DNA from: Oligoflexia bacterium
Lineage (GTDB): Bacteria; Bdellovibrionota; UBA1018
Length of the DNA: 13,194 nt
Assembly: GCA_043732485.1 (NCBI GenBank)
Contig: JAYTHP010000119.1
Coordinates: 1 to 13,194 of the forward strand
Direction: 5' to 3'
A model generated the notes under the pieces. It did no database searches. It saw only the letters and a list, made by a program, of their open reading frames with translations, and was not told the origin of the DNA. The number at the start of each line of letters is the position of its first letter. Within the stretch, counting starts at the first letter, position 1. Both the position numbers and the translations under genes were made by a program. Positions 1-7,319 of the stretch are shown here, in pieces.

Positions 1-398
1 GGGATGTGCGTCATGGTGGCATCAAAGGAGTGCGAATGGTAGATCGATCCGCGGATCCCACTGCCCACCGGGGTCATCACCGTCATGGGTAAGTGCCAAT
101 CGCCGTTGGAACACCAACTCTGCATGCCGGCAAGCTTCAGTAAATCGATGGTGTTATAAATGTAATCACAAAACTGAATTTCAGCTACACAGCGGGAACC
201 GGCTAAGCCCAATCCCATCGCAGCGCCAATAATGCCGCGCTCATCAAGCGGCGAATTCCAGGCCGTTTTCAGTCCCTGCGTGGCCGTGAACACTCCTCCT
301 AAAGGGGCGCCGACATCTTCTCCAAAGATATGCTCCACTCCCAAATGGGTTTCACCATAATGCAGGGCCATGCGAATCGCTTGAACGAGCGTTGCCAT
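1..398 (-). CDS. 2-oxoacid (likely branched-chain) dehydrogenase E1 beta subunit, N-terminal part; runs off the window edge
   Basis: Absent from the ORF track and translated by hand from ATG at 398-396: MATLVQAIRMALHYGETHLGVEHIFGEDVGAPLGGVFTATQGLKTAWNSPLDERGIIGAAMGLGLAGSRCVAEIQFCDYIYNTID...GSIYHSHS. Contains the E1-beta motifs GEDV, GGVF, EIQFxDY and YHS. The ATG directly abuts the TAA of E1 alpha. Confidence 0.93.
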   Translation of the reverse strand, partial: MATLVQAIRMALHYGETHLGVEHIFGEDVGAPLGGVFTATQGLKTAWNSPLDERGIIGAAMGLGLAGSRCVAEIQFCDYIYNTIDLLKLAGMQSWCSNGDWHLPMTVMTPVGSGIRGSIYHSHSFDATMTHI

Positions 399-1475
399 TT
401 ACCAGTATCTCCCTTTTTGCCCATAATAAACGTGATCATACATCGTTGACGCCTCAGGCAGTGGCTCTAATTTCACTTGTTGTGAAATCTTCAAATACTC
501 TTCCGTCAGCTCAGCGCGCAGCTCTTTGATCTGCGCTGCTGAGAAAACACCCCCAGCCAGCAACCGCTGCTCAAAAACTACTAAACAATCCTCTTCTTGC
601 GACACGAAATTGCAACCGGTGGCCGAGCTGTGCCCGTATAGACGCGAGACACTGGCTTCCAATAAAAACGGCTTGCGCTCAGTGCGGACGTACTCCATCG
701 CCGCTTTTAAGGCAAAATAAGACTCTTCCACATCATTGCCTTGAATGGTTTGCGTTTTAATTCCAAAAGCCTTCCCGCGATCGGCAATTTTCTGATCCCC
801 ATGCTGGGTGCTTGCCGCCGTAGAAATCCCCCACTGGTTGTGAGTGACCAGAATCAGCAGCGGCAGCTCCGCTTGCGGCCTGGAGGCCCAGACCAAACAA
901 GAGGCAAAATCCCCTTCTGCCGTTCCGGCATCCCCGCCGTTGACAATCGTGATCCCCGTGCCACCCCGCTTCTTTTGGGCGATAGCCGAACCGATGGCAC
1001 TTAAATACTGTGTTTCAATCGTGGAGGAGACAGGAACCACGTTCCAGGCTTTCTTGGAAAAATGGTTCGAAAAATTTCTACCCCCAGAAAAAGGGTCACT
1101 CGCAGTATTTTTCATCTGCCGCATGGCATCGCGTGGGTCAATCCCTAGCACCAATAAAATGGGCAAGGAGCGGTAATGAAGGTGAAAAAAGTCATAATCA
1201 GTCCCCTGACCCTGATGGGCAAGCATGGCCAGCGGAACACTAAAGGCTTCCTCACCCGGCGCTCCGATCCAGAAATAACCATCCGATTGCTTGTACATGC
1301 GAATCATCCGCTCTTCTAAGAGCCTCGCTTGCAGCATCCAATGATAGATTTTTTTCAGCCGAGCCTCATCCAGCCGAAAAGGCGATTTTTTTGACGTAGG
1401 TAAACTCATCACAGCCGATGGGGCGACCGGTTCGTTTAAAAGACGGGATTGATTTTTCTCAGTCTGTTTTTTCAC
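399..1475 (-). CDS. TPP-dependent 2-oxoacid dehydrogenase E1 alpha subunit (BCKDH/PDH family)
   Basis: TPP-binding motif GDAGTAEGDF...NQWGIST and RLYGHS loop. GTG start with GGAGGAG at 1492-1486. Adjacent to E1 beta. Confidence 0.93.
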   Translation of the reverse strand: MKKQTEKNQSRLLNEPVAPSAVMSLPTSKKSPFRLDEARLKKIYHWMLQARLLEERMIRMYKQSDGYFWIGAPGEEAFSVPLAMLAHQGQGTDYDFFHLHYRSLPILLVLGIDPRDAMRQMKNTASDPFSGGRNFSNHFSKKAWNVVPVSSTIETQYLSAIGSAIAQKKRGGTGITIVNGGDAGTAEGDFASCLVWASRPQAELPLLILVTHNQWGISTAASTQHGDQKIADRGKAFGIKTQTIQGNDVEESYFALKAAMEYVRTERKPFLLEASVSRLYGHSSATGCNFVSQEEDCLVVFEQRLLAGGVFSAAQIKELRAELTEEYLKISQQVKLEPLPEASTMYDHVYYGQKGRYW

Positions 1476-1628
1476 AGCAGCAACACTCCTCCATCATAAA
1501 ATTTAATCTGTCCTCCACTCATAACCTCTCAGGCTCGGAAACTCAACAACTGCTCGCTGTCTGCAGTTGATTTTGTGGCAGGGACGCGAACTCAACAAGG
1601 TAAAATCGCTTGCGCTCCGTCAACGACC

Positions 1629-2342
1629 TTAGGCGAAGCGAACGTAGGCCACCAGCCCAACAAAAGCCATTAACCCGGCAAAGGAAAGAAAAGCCTCGTA
1701 AGCTTTGTTCTTAAGGGCTAACTGCAGGTGAAAATGCAAATGACTAACTTGCGGATTGATTTGCTGTAACTGGCTTTTTTTCGCAGGCCACAAAGCTGGA
1801 CGAAAGCGCGGGACGAGTTGACAGTAAAGCGCATAGCGATCGCCAAAAATCTGTCGCAACTTCTGCTCCTCATCCAAAATAATAAAATGGTAAACCAGCG
1901 CAAAAAGCACGCTCACGAGCAACAAAAGCTGCCGATTCTCAATCGCCAGTGCCGATCCCACCGCCATCAGATAAGTCCCTAAATAGAGAGGGTTTCTTAC
2001 AAAACCGTAGGGTCCGCCCACCGCCAATAATTGGTCCTTCCGCAAAAACCCGCTCGCCCAAAACCGCAAGCCGCTGCCCGCAAGACAAACCAGCATGCCA
2101 GGCCAAGTGGGATAGCCGTGGGTTAAAGCTCCAAGCACCAAGACGAAAAGCCAGGCCATGAGAATTCTAGTTTTTCCCTGCAAAAAACCACGAAACCAAG
2201 TGGGAGAAGCTTTGACGGCTGCAACCCCAACGTTACTGCCGCCGGCAGCCTCTGTGGCATTTTGAGGGAGGTCAAGCGGCTTTGTAATACTACTGTTGAT
2301 GACTGAACTCACTTCGGCCCTACCCATCTCGTCGTTATCCAT
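1629..2342 (-). CDS. Isoprenylcysteine carboxyl methyltransferase / phospholipid methyltransferase (ICMT/PEMT) family membrane protein
   Basis: L..GGPYGFVRNPLYLG signature, EE..L...FG..Y..Y...VPRF C-terminal motif and several hydrophobic segments. Start uncertain because the first ~45 aa are low-complexity. Confidence 0.85.
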   Translation of the reverse strand: MDNDEMGRAEVSSVINSSITKPLDLPQNATEAAGGSNVGVAAVKASPTWFRGFLQGKTRILMAWLFVLVLGALTHGYPTWPGMLVCLAGSGLRFWASGFLRKDQLLAVGGPYGFVRNPLYLGTYLMAVGSALAIENRQLLLLVSVLFALVYHFIILDEEQKLRQIFGDRYALYCQLVPRFRPALWPAKKSQLQQINPQVSHLHFHLQLALKNKAYEAFLSFAGLMAFVGLVAYVRFA

Positions 2343-2354
2343 GGTCTGGTCTTC

Positions 2355-2398
2355 TCACTTTCTAGTCACTTTCTAGTCACTTTCTGCTCATTTCCTGC
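2355..2398. repeat. 11-bp tandem repeat, four copies, progressively degenerate
   Basis: TCACTTTCTAG (2355), TCACTTTCTAG (2366), TCACTTTCTGC (2377), TCATTTCCTGC (2388). Confidence 0.85.
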
Positions 2399-2486
2399 GC
2401 TCTTTTCTTGCCCTGTCGCTCGTGCCCTCTCGCTGCACTGAACACTCCGCCCCTCAAGCAGATCGTCACGCGACACCCGACGAGCG

Positions 2487-2918
2487 TTACTTCGCGGTAG
2501 TTGCAATAGCAAACTGCTGCGCTCCTGCCAGCCGTGCGTGATCCATGACCTCAATGGCTGCCCCCAAAAATGCTTGTCGATCTCCTTGTAAAACGACCAA
2601 ACGCGACGGAGTTTGCAAAAAAGCGGCCTTTAAAGCCTGCGTAAAACCCGCAAAATCCCCCGCTTGCACCTCAACCTCATTGACCTTCAATTGGCCGCGC
2701 GCCAGCAGGCTCACTACCACTCCGTCTGGCTGCTCTTGCGACAGCGCAGTACTCGCCTTGGGAAGCTCTACCCCGACCCCTTGCGTCATAATCGCCGAGC
2801 TGGTGACCATGAAAATGATGAGTAACACCAAAAAAACGTCGGTCAGAGGCGTGATATTAATCTCAGCGACGATGGCAGCCTCAGGCTCCTCACGTTGACC
2901 CCAACGACGGCTAGCCAT
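2487..2918 (-). CDS. ExbD/TolR family biopolymer transporter
   Basis: EINITPLTDVFLVLLIIFMVT transmembrane motif with the conserved Asp, plus VELPKA and GD...VMD motifs. Overlaps the upstream ExbB/TolQ gene by 8 nt. Confidence 0.95.
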   Translation of the reverse strand: MASRRWGQREEPEAAIVAEINITPLTDVFLVLLIIFMVTSSAIMTQGVGVELPKASTALSQEQPDGVVVSLLARGQLKVNEVEVQAGDFAGFTQALKAAFLQTPSRLVVLQGDRQAFLGAAIEVMDHARLAGAQQFAIATTAK

Positions 2919-3594
2919 GCCCGCTCTCGTCCTCAGTCACCGCACCCTCAAGCACTAGAAGCTCTGCAATTTCTTCCATTTGCAATCTAACCCGCAAAAC
3001 TAACTGCGTCCACTGCACCTGGAAGGCATTAAACGCGATCACCGCAATAATCGCCACCACAATACCAGCCGCCGTGGTCACCAAAGCTTCAGAGATCCCA
3101 GCCGCCACCACCGCAAAACCCCCTGCGCCGCCGCTACTTCCTGCCATTTCCTGAAACGAGCGCAACACTCCCAAAACGGTACCAAAGAGTCCAATAAACG
3201 GGGCGGAACTGCTAATAGTCCCTAGAATCCAAAAAAACTTCTTTAATTCAAGGCTTTGCATCTGACGCCTGCGCTCAACCGCTTCCCACCACTGAGCGCG
3301 AATGCGACTATCTTTCGCTCCCAATCGCTCAAGCGCCACCAGCACCAGCTGCGCGGTGGGTAAATCAGACTCAGCTTGGCACAGCTCTTTTAACGCTGCT
3401 TTGTGGCCTTGTAAAAGCGTGTTCATCGCCTTCAAATGAAAGGAATTAAGGTGGTGACCCAAGCGACGATAAACCCACAGCCTCTCAAAAATCACTGCCC
3501 ACACCAAAAGCGAGCACGCAAGCAGAGGATATAAGGTGACGCCCCCCGTTTTGACTAGGCTCCACAGGGTTTGGGTTTCGGAAGCAACTGGCAT
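2911..3594 (-). CDS. MotA/TolQ/ExbB proton channel family protein
   Basis: APFIGLFGTVLG and GISEALVTTAAGI motifs, three hydrophobic segments. Confidence 0.95.
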   Translation of the reverse strand: MPVASETQTLWSLVKTGGVTLYPLLACSLLVWAVIFERLWVYRRLGHHLNSFHLKAMNTLLQGHKAALKELCQAESDLPTAQLVLVALERLGAKDSRIRAQWWEAVERRRQMQSLELKKFFWILGTISSSAPFIGLFGTVLGVLRSFQEMAGSSGGAGGFAVVAAGISEALVTTAAGIVVAIIAVIAFNAFQVQWTQLVLRVRLQMEEIAELLVLEGAVTEDESGHG

Positions 3595-3604
3595 AAGACT
3601 TTTG

Positions 3605-3634
3605 ACAATAGCGTGCGCTTCCCCCGGAAGTCAA
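3605..3634 (-). promoter_or_regulatory. Candidate sigma70 promoter for the exbB/exbD-like unit
   Basis: Minus strand TTGACT (3634-3629), 18-nt spacer, TATTGT (3610-3605), ending 10 nt before the ATG at 3594. Confidence 0.45.
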
Positions 3635-3797
3635 TCCTCGGCTCGGGAAAATTCCTTGGCGCCCCCTCAGCCCAAAGCGAGCAAGCGTTTTTTTCCAGTG
3701 GACGCTTTCTCTGCTGGTAAAGTAGAAGCAAAAGGTCTTAGAGTGACCTTAAAAGTGCCTTTAAAGGTTCACTGGCACTGCTGACTGCTTTCAAAAA

Positions 3798-3806
3798 AAG
3801 GAGGTG
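3798..3806 (+). promoter_or_regulatory. Shine-Dalgarno site of the HAD gene
   Basis: AAGGAGGTG immediately upstream of the ATG at 3809. Confidence 0.7.
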
Positions 3807-3808
3807 TT

Positions 3809-4546
3809 ATGTCCACTTCATCTCAAACGCCAAAAACTGCTAGGCCCATAACTGATCGCATTGCCGGGATCTTATTTGATCTCGATGGCACCCTCATTGA
3901 CACCGAGGCGCTTGCGATTCACTGCGTCGAGGAATGCTTAAGCCAATGGGGGGTGCAGATCGACCCCCGCGATAGCCAACAGCTGACCGGCAGCACTTGG
4001 GAGAGCACCTTGAGTGTTCTTTTTCAAAAATACGCCATCGGTGAGAAAATTGCAGCACACTTTCCTGAAGTTGAAAACAGTGAACAAAGAGCCGCGTTAG
4101 CGAAAAGAGTGATTCAAGCCCGTTATAGCGAACGACTGAAAGCCGAGTTCGTTGAAGTACCAGGCGCGAGTCAAGCGATCCGGGGACTTGCGGCCAACTA
4201 CCCGTTGGCTTTAGTCTCAGGCTCCAACCGTGCCGACATTCTTTGGGCCCTAGAATCCTTAGGCGTACTTTCACTTTTTAAGGTCATTTTAGGCGCGGAA
4301 GACTATCCGCGCAGTAAGCCTGAGCCGGACGGTTATTTGAAGGCCATGGAGCTGCTTGACCTTAACCCTGCCACTTGCTTAGTTTTTGAAGACTCCACCG
4401 TGGGCATTGCGGCAGCCCGCGCCGCCGGAGCGCGCACCATTGCTATCTCCTCGACCAACCATTCACAGCAAATCCAGACGCAAGCCCATGGCGCAATTGC
4501 TGATTTTACCGTCGTCACGCCGGAATGGGTGAGCCAGCTAACCTGA
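3809..4546 (+). CDS. HAD-superfamily phosphatase (subfamily IA, beta-PGM/CbbY-like)
   Basis: Motif I FDLDGTLIDT, motif II VSGS, motif III KPEPDGY, motif IV FEDS..GI.AA..AG; strong SD. Confidence 0.95.
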   Translation: MSTSSQTPKTARPITDRIAGILFDLDGTLIDTEALAIHCVEECLSQWGVQIDPRDSQQLTGSTWESTLSVLFQKYAIGEKIAAHFPEVENSEQRAALAKRVIQARYSERLKAEFVEVPGASQAIRGLAANYPLALVSGSNRADILWALESLGVLSLFKVILGAEDYPRSKPEPDGYLKAMELLDLNPATCLVFEDSTVGIAAARAAGARTIAISSTNHSQQIQTQAHGAIADFTVVTPEWVSQLT

Positions 4547-4765
4547 TTTGCGCCCCAGTCCCATTTTTTTCACGCAAGGGGCTTGATCTTGCTGCAAAAT
4601 TGAGATGAAATGAAAGAAAGTTCTCTTCCAAAACGTTACCTGCTTGCGCTTGGAAGCAAAAACTACGAGCCACACGCAGAGGATTGAAACGCCTGAAAGG
4701 AATACTTTTTTTCACAAAAGAGACCCCAGGGCAAAGCGACTTGAGAGAAAGGAAAACCGTTTACT

Positions 4766-5281
4766 ATGAAATCCCGCCCTACCGAATCATCTCTACGACT
4801 CACGAGGACTTCCCAAAACACCAGCATGGTTGCAGCACTCTCGCTTGCGGCTGTGACCCTTTTGAGCTCCGTTCAGTGCACCCAAAAACCTAAGGAGTCG
4901 CAGCAAGCTGCAAACGACTTCGCAACCCAATCCCTTATCCCCACCCCCGAGAAAGTCCCCGACAATATGCACATTAAAGACAAAGTCGTTGGCACCGGTC
5001 CCGAAGCCGTCCTTGGTAAAACCGTCAGCGTCCAGTACACCGGAACAACCGGCGGCAAAGAATTTGATTCTTCTAGGCACTCGGGGCTGCCCTTTACCTT
5101 TAAACTGGGCCAAGGCCAAGTCATTCCCGGCTGGGAAAAAGGCATCCCAGGCATGAAAGTGGGCGGCATCAGGTTACTGACCATCCCACCGGAGCTTGCT
5201 TACGGTGCAAGAGGGCATAGCAACGTTATCCCACCGAACGCCACTTTAGAGTTTGAAGTGGAATTGGTTAAAGTTGAATAG
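4766..5281 (+). CDS. FKBP-type peptidyl-prolyl cis-trans isomerase with N-terminal signal peptide (possible lipoprotein)
   Basis: V.YTG, FDSS, F.LGQGQVIPGWEKGI.GMKVGG.R.L.IPPELAYG and IPPNATL.FEVEL. Hydrophobic leader ending SSVQC. Confidence 0.96.
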   Translation: MKSRPTESSLRLTRTSQNTSMVAALSLAAVTLLSSVQCTQKPKESQQAANDFATQSLIPTPEKVPDNMHIKDKVVGTGPEAVLGKTVSVQYTGTTGGKEFDSSRHSGLPFTFKLGQGQVIPGWEKGIPGMKVGGIRLLTIPPELAYGARGHSNVIPPNATLEFEVELVKVE

Positions 5282-5645
5282 CGTTTTCAAAGCACTCATC
5301 CAACGCCTAGCCTCAACACAACAATTAGATCTGATTGTGGCCACCTTTTATCAAACGATGGCGCAAGACGTGGTGATTGGATTTTTTTTTGATCCAACAA
5401 AAATTGAGCTCATCGCCCACCAACAGGTTCAATTCTTAAAATTTGTGGCGGGATTGATCCAGAAGTTTGAGGGTAAGGCGCCGAAGCAAGCCCATCAGCC
5501 CTTACCACCGATCTTGCTAGGTCATTTTAACCGCCGGATGATGCTCTTAGAATCGACACTACAGCAATTTGATCTCTCGCAAGAGGAAAGCAAGGCGTGG
5601 CTCAATTTTGAACGGGGGTTTCAAGGGGCTTTAGTGCAAAGCTAG
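5274..5645 (+). CDS. Truncated (2-on-2) haemoglobin, group I-like
   Basis: V..FY (B9/B10), D..I..FF (CD1), Q..FL (E helix), AH (proximal His F8) and HF in helix G; about 120 aa. TTG start at 5274 is inferred; the ORF is open from 5253. Confidence 0.78.
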   Translation: MNSVFKALIQRLASTQQLDLIVATFYQTMAQDVVIGFFFDPTKIELIAHQQVQFLKFVAGLIQKFEGKAPKQAHQPLPPILLGHFNRRMMLLESTLQQFDLSQEESKAWLNFERGFQGALVQS

Positions 5646-5744
5646 GAGAAGGCAGGAAAGGCTAAGGCAAGTTGCTTCCTTCCCGCAAGCGTTGTCTCCC
5701 CAGTGCCGCTCCTCAAGCTCCCCCCCCCTCCGCTCACGACGCCA

Positions 5745-7160
5745 TTACAAAGCCGGCGCCGTACCTGAGCCCCCACTCTCTGAGCTCGCGCTGGCCACTT
5801 GCGACTGGTAAACAATCTTCAAGCAGGCCATGATTTTGCGAAATTGGCTGGCCTTGTATTTTTCGCGGTTCGCTTCCAGAAACTGATTGATTTGAAACTG
5901 CTCTGGGCCATCGCGAAAGATGGCGCTGGTCACGTCGTGGGCTACGATGAAAACGCAAGAAAGTGGCGCAATATGACTGTAGGTTAAGCCCCGGGGAAAT
6001 CCCGAGCCATCGGGACTTTCATGGTGCTGACGAATGATGGTATCAACATCGGGCGGCACCTCAGACATCTTTTGCACCATATCGCCGACCGTCATGGGAT
6101 GCTGTAAAAAGTCATGGATCTCTTTTTCGGTAAACTGAGCGCGCTTAGCTTCTAACTGCTCACGCGTGGTAATGGCAGTTAAAACATCGTTTTCCAGTGA
6201 AATGTCGTGCAAAAAAGAAGCTAAACTCAGCTTATAAAAGGTGGTATTCGATCCCCACTCCATCTGCCCTGCAATGGCACACGACAAATACGCACAAAAC
6301 ACCGTATGGGCCGAGAGGTAATTTTCGCTGTTTTTCTTCAGCTTATCGATCAACTCTTTTAAGCGCGGTGCCTTGGTCATCACCTTCAAACTTAAATCGA
6401 CATGGGTACGAGTAATTTTTTGGACTTCCTCGGTAAAACCAATCTTATTGACCAACTCCTGCACGGTCTCTTGCACCGATTGCTCAAGCTGCAGCTGGCT
6501 CTCTAAATCGGTCTCCTTGTTCTGCGGTTGCTTGATCAACTCGGAGCGATACTTGGAGATAAACTCCGTACACAAGCTTTTACTAATATAAAGGTAAATC
6601 ACCCCTTTTTGCGTGGTGTATTTCTCTAAATCCTTCAGATCAAAGACATCGCCCTTGCCAAAGAGCCTGATGTACTTATTTTCTGACAAACGAATAAAAA
6701 CATCCCCTTCCAGGGGACTGACCGACAGCAGCAGCTTGGTCTTCACCTTAATATAATCCAAATCAGTGCACTGGGTGGGTAAACCCAAGGCGACAGAATT
6801 TTTTTGACCTTCTAGCTCGCGTAAGTCCTTCAGCAGCTGCTCGAGAAAGAACTTAGGCTCTAGCACCGCCTTGAGTGGCACCAAGGCCGCCTTGAAGACT
6901 TGCACTAAAGCGTGATTGCCTCCCGTCATCAACACCGGAACCCCTTCAATCGCCCGGCAGAAGGCTAGCGCCTCAGCTCCTGCAGAACTTGCCAGCGCAT
7001 CCACAGCAATTAGATCAAAGATCACAGCAGCACTTCTTAAGGCCAACATGGCTCCAGAAAAATCTCCGCAGGCCTTCACGCTAAACCGCGTGCTCGATTC
7101 AATCACAAAGACCGTTTTCTCTAAGACTTCTGAGCGATCGCATAAGAGTAGTAGATTCAT
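5745..7160 (-). CDS. HD-GYP-family protein (degenerate motifs) with N-terminal receiver-like region
   Basis: LHDI, HP and HHESPDGSGFPRGL motifs. N-terminal MNLLLLCD...FDLIAVD...VPVLMT resembles a receiver fold. ATG at 7160 preferred (AAGGGGA upstream) over the TTG at 7307 used in the ORF track. Confidence 0.85.
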   Translation of the reverse strand: MNLLLLCDRSEVLEKTVFVIESSTRFSVKACGDFSGAMLALRSAAVIFDLIAVDALASSAGAEALAFCRAIEGVPVLMTGGNHALVQVFKAALVPLKAVLEPKFFLEQLLKDLRELEGQKNSVALGLPTQCTDLDYIKVKTKLLLSVSPLEGDVFIRLSENKYIRLFGKGDVFDLKDLEKYTTQKGVIYLYISKSLCTEFISKYRSELIKQPQNKETDLESQLQLEQSVQETVQELVNKIGFTEEVQKITRTHVDLSLKVMTKAPRLKELIDKLKKNSENYLSAHTVFCAYLSCAIAGQMEWGSNTTFYKLSLASFLHDISLENDVLTAITTREQLEAKRAQFTEKEIHDFLQHPMTVGDMVQKMSEVPPDVDTIIRQHHESPDGSGFPRGLTYSHIAPLSCVFIVAHDVTSAIFRDGPEQFQINQFLEANREKYKASQFRKIMACLKIVYQSQVASASSESGGSGTAPAL

Positions 7161-7319
7161 ACGGATGGTTGTCCCCTTTTTTGCAAAAAACTGGACCTCT
7201 TTCGCCTCAGGCGCCCCCGCGTACTCTCTTACACCTTGTGGCATGATGAGTCCCCTGACCCGCCCGTCAGTGAGAAAGAGCGAAGCGGGCGCCTGCTGCG
7301 CAGTCAAGCAGACCTAGCC

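Noticed and set aside
1540..1598. 10-bp direct repeat AACTCAACAA (1540-1549, 1589-1598) flanking a CAACTGC/GCAGTTG hairpin
   Set aside because: Only two short copies and no U-tract in the relevant direction; insufficient for a call.
2355..2398. CRISPR-like array
   Set aside because: Units are 11 bp and contiguous, with no spacers and no cas genes.
2414..2486. Inverted repeats CGCTCGT/ACGAGCG and TGTCGC/GCGACA downstream of the exbD-like gene
   Set aside because: 6-7 bp matches at long range in GC-rich sequence are expected by chance.
4722..4760. CAGGGCAAA resembling the start of a c-di-GMP-I riboswitch
   Set aside because: No GNRA-capped P2 stem, GACGCAAAG-like junction or tetraloop receptor follows.
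5646..5744. Purine-rich then pyrimidine-rich spacer with a C9 run between convergent genes
   Set aside because: Pairing is imperfect with no U-tract, so no terminator is called. The homopolymer is non-coding and 3' of both genes, so phase variation is unlikely.
7250..7262. GGTCAGG on the minus strand resembling SRP RNA helix 8
   Set aside because: No GNRA loop or downstream AGCAG motif.
7243..7284. TGATGAG...CGAA resembling a hammerhead ribozyme core; ATGATGA/CTGA resembling C/D boxes
   Set aside because: The CUGANGA core starts with A rather than C, and there is no stem II closing onto GAAA. The C and D-like boxes are only 5 nt apart and the context is bacterial.
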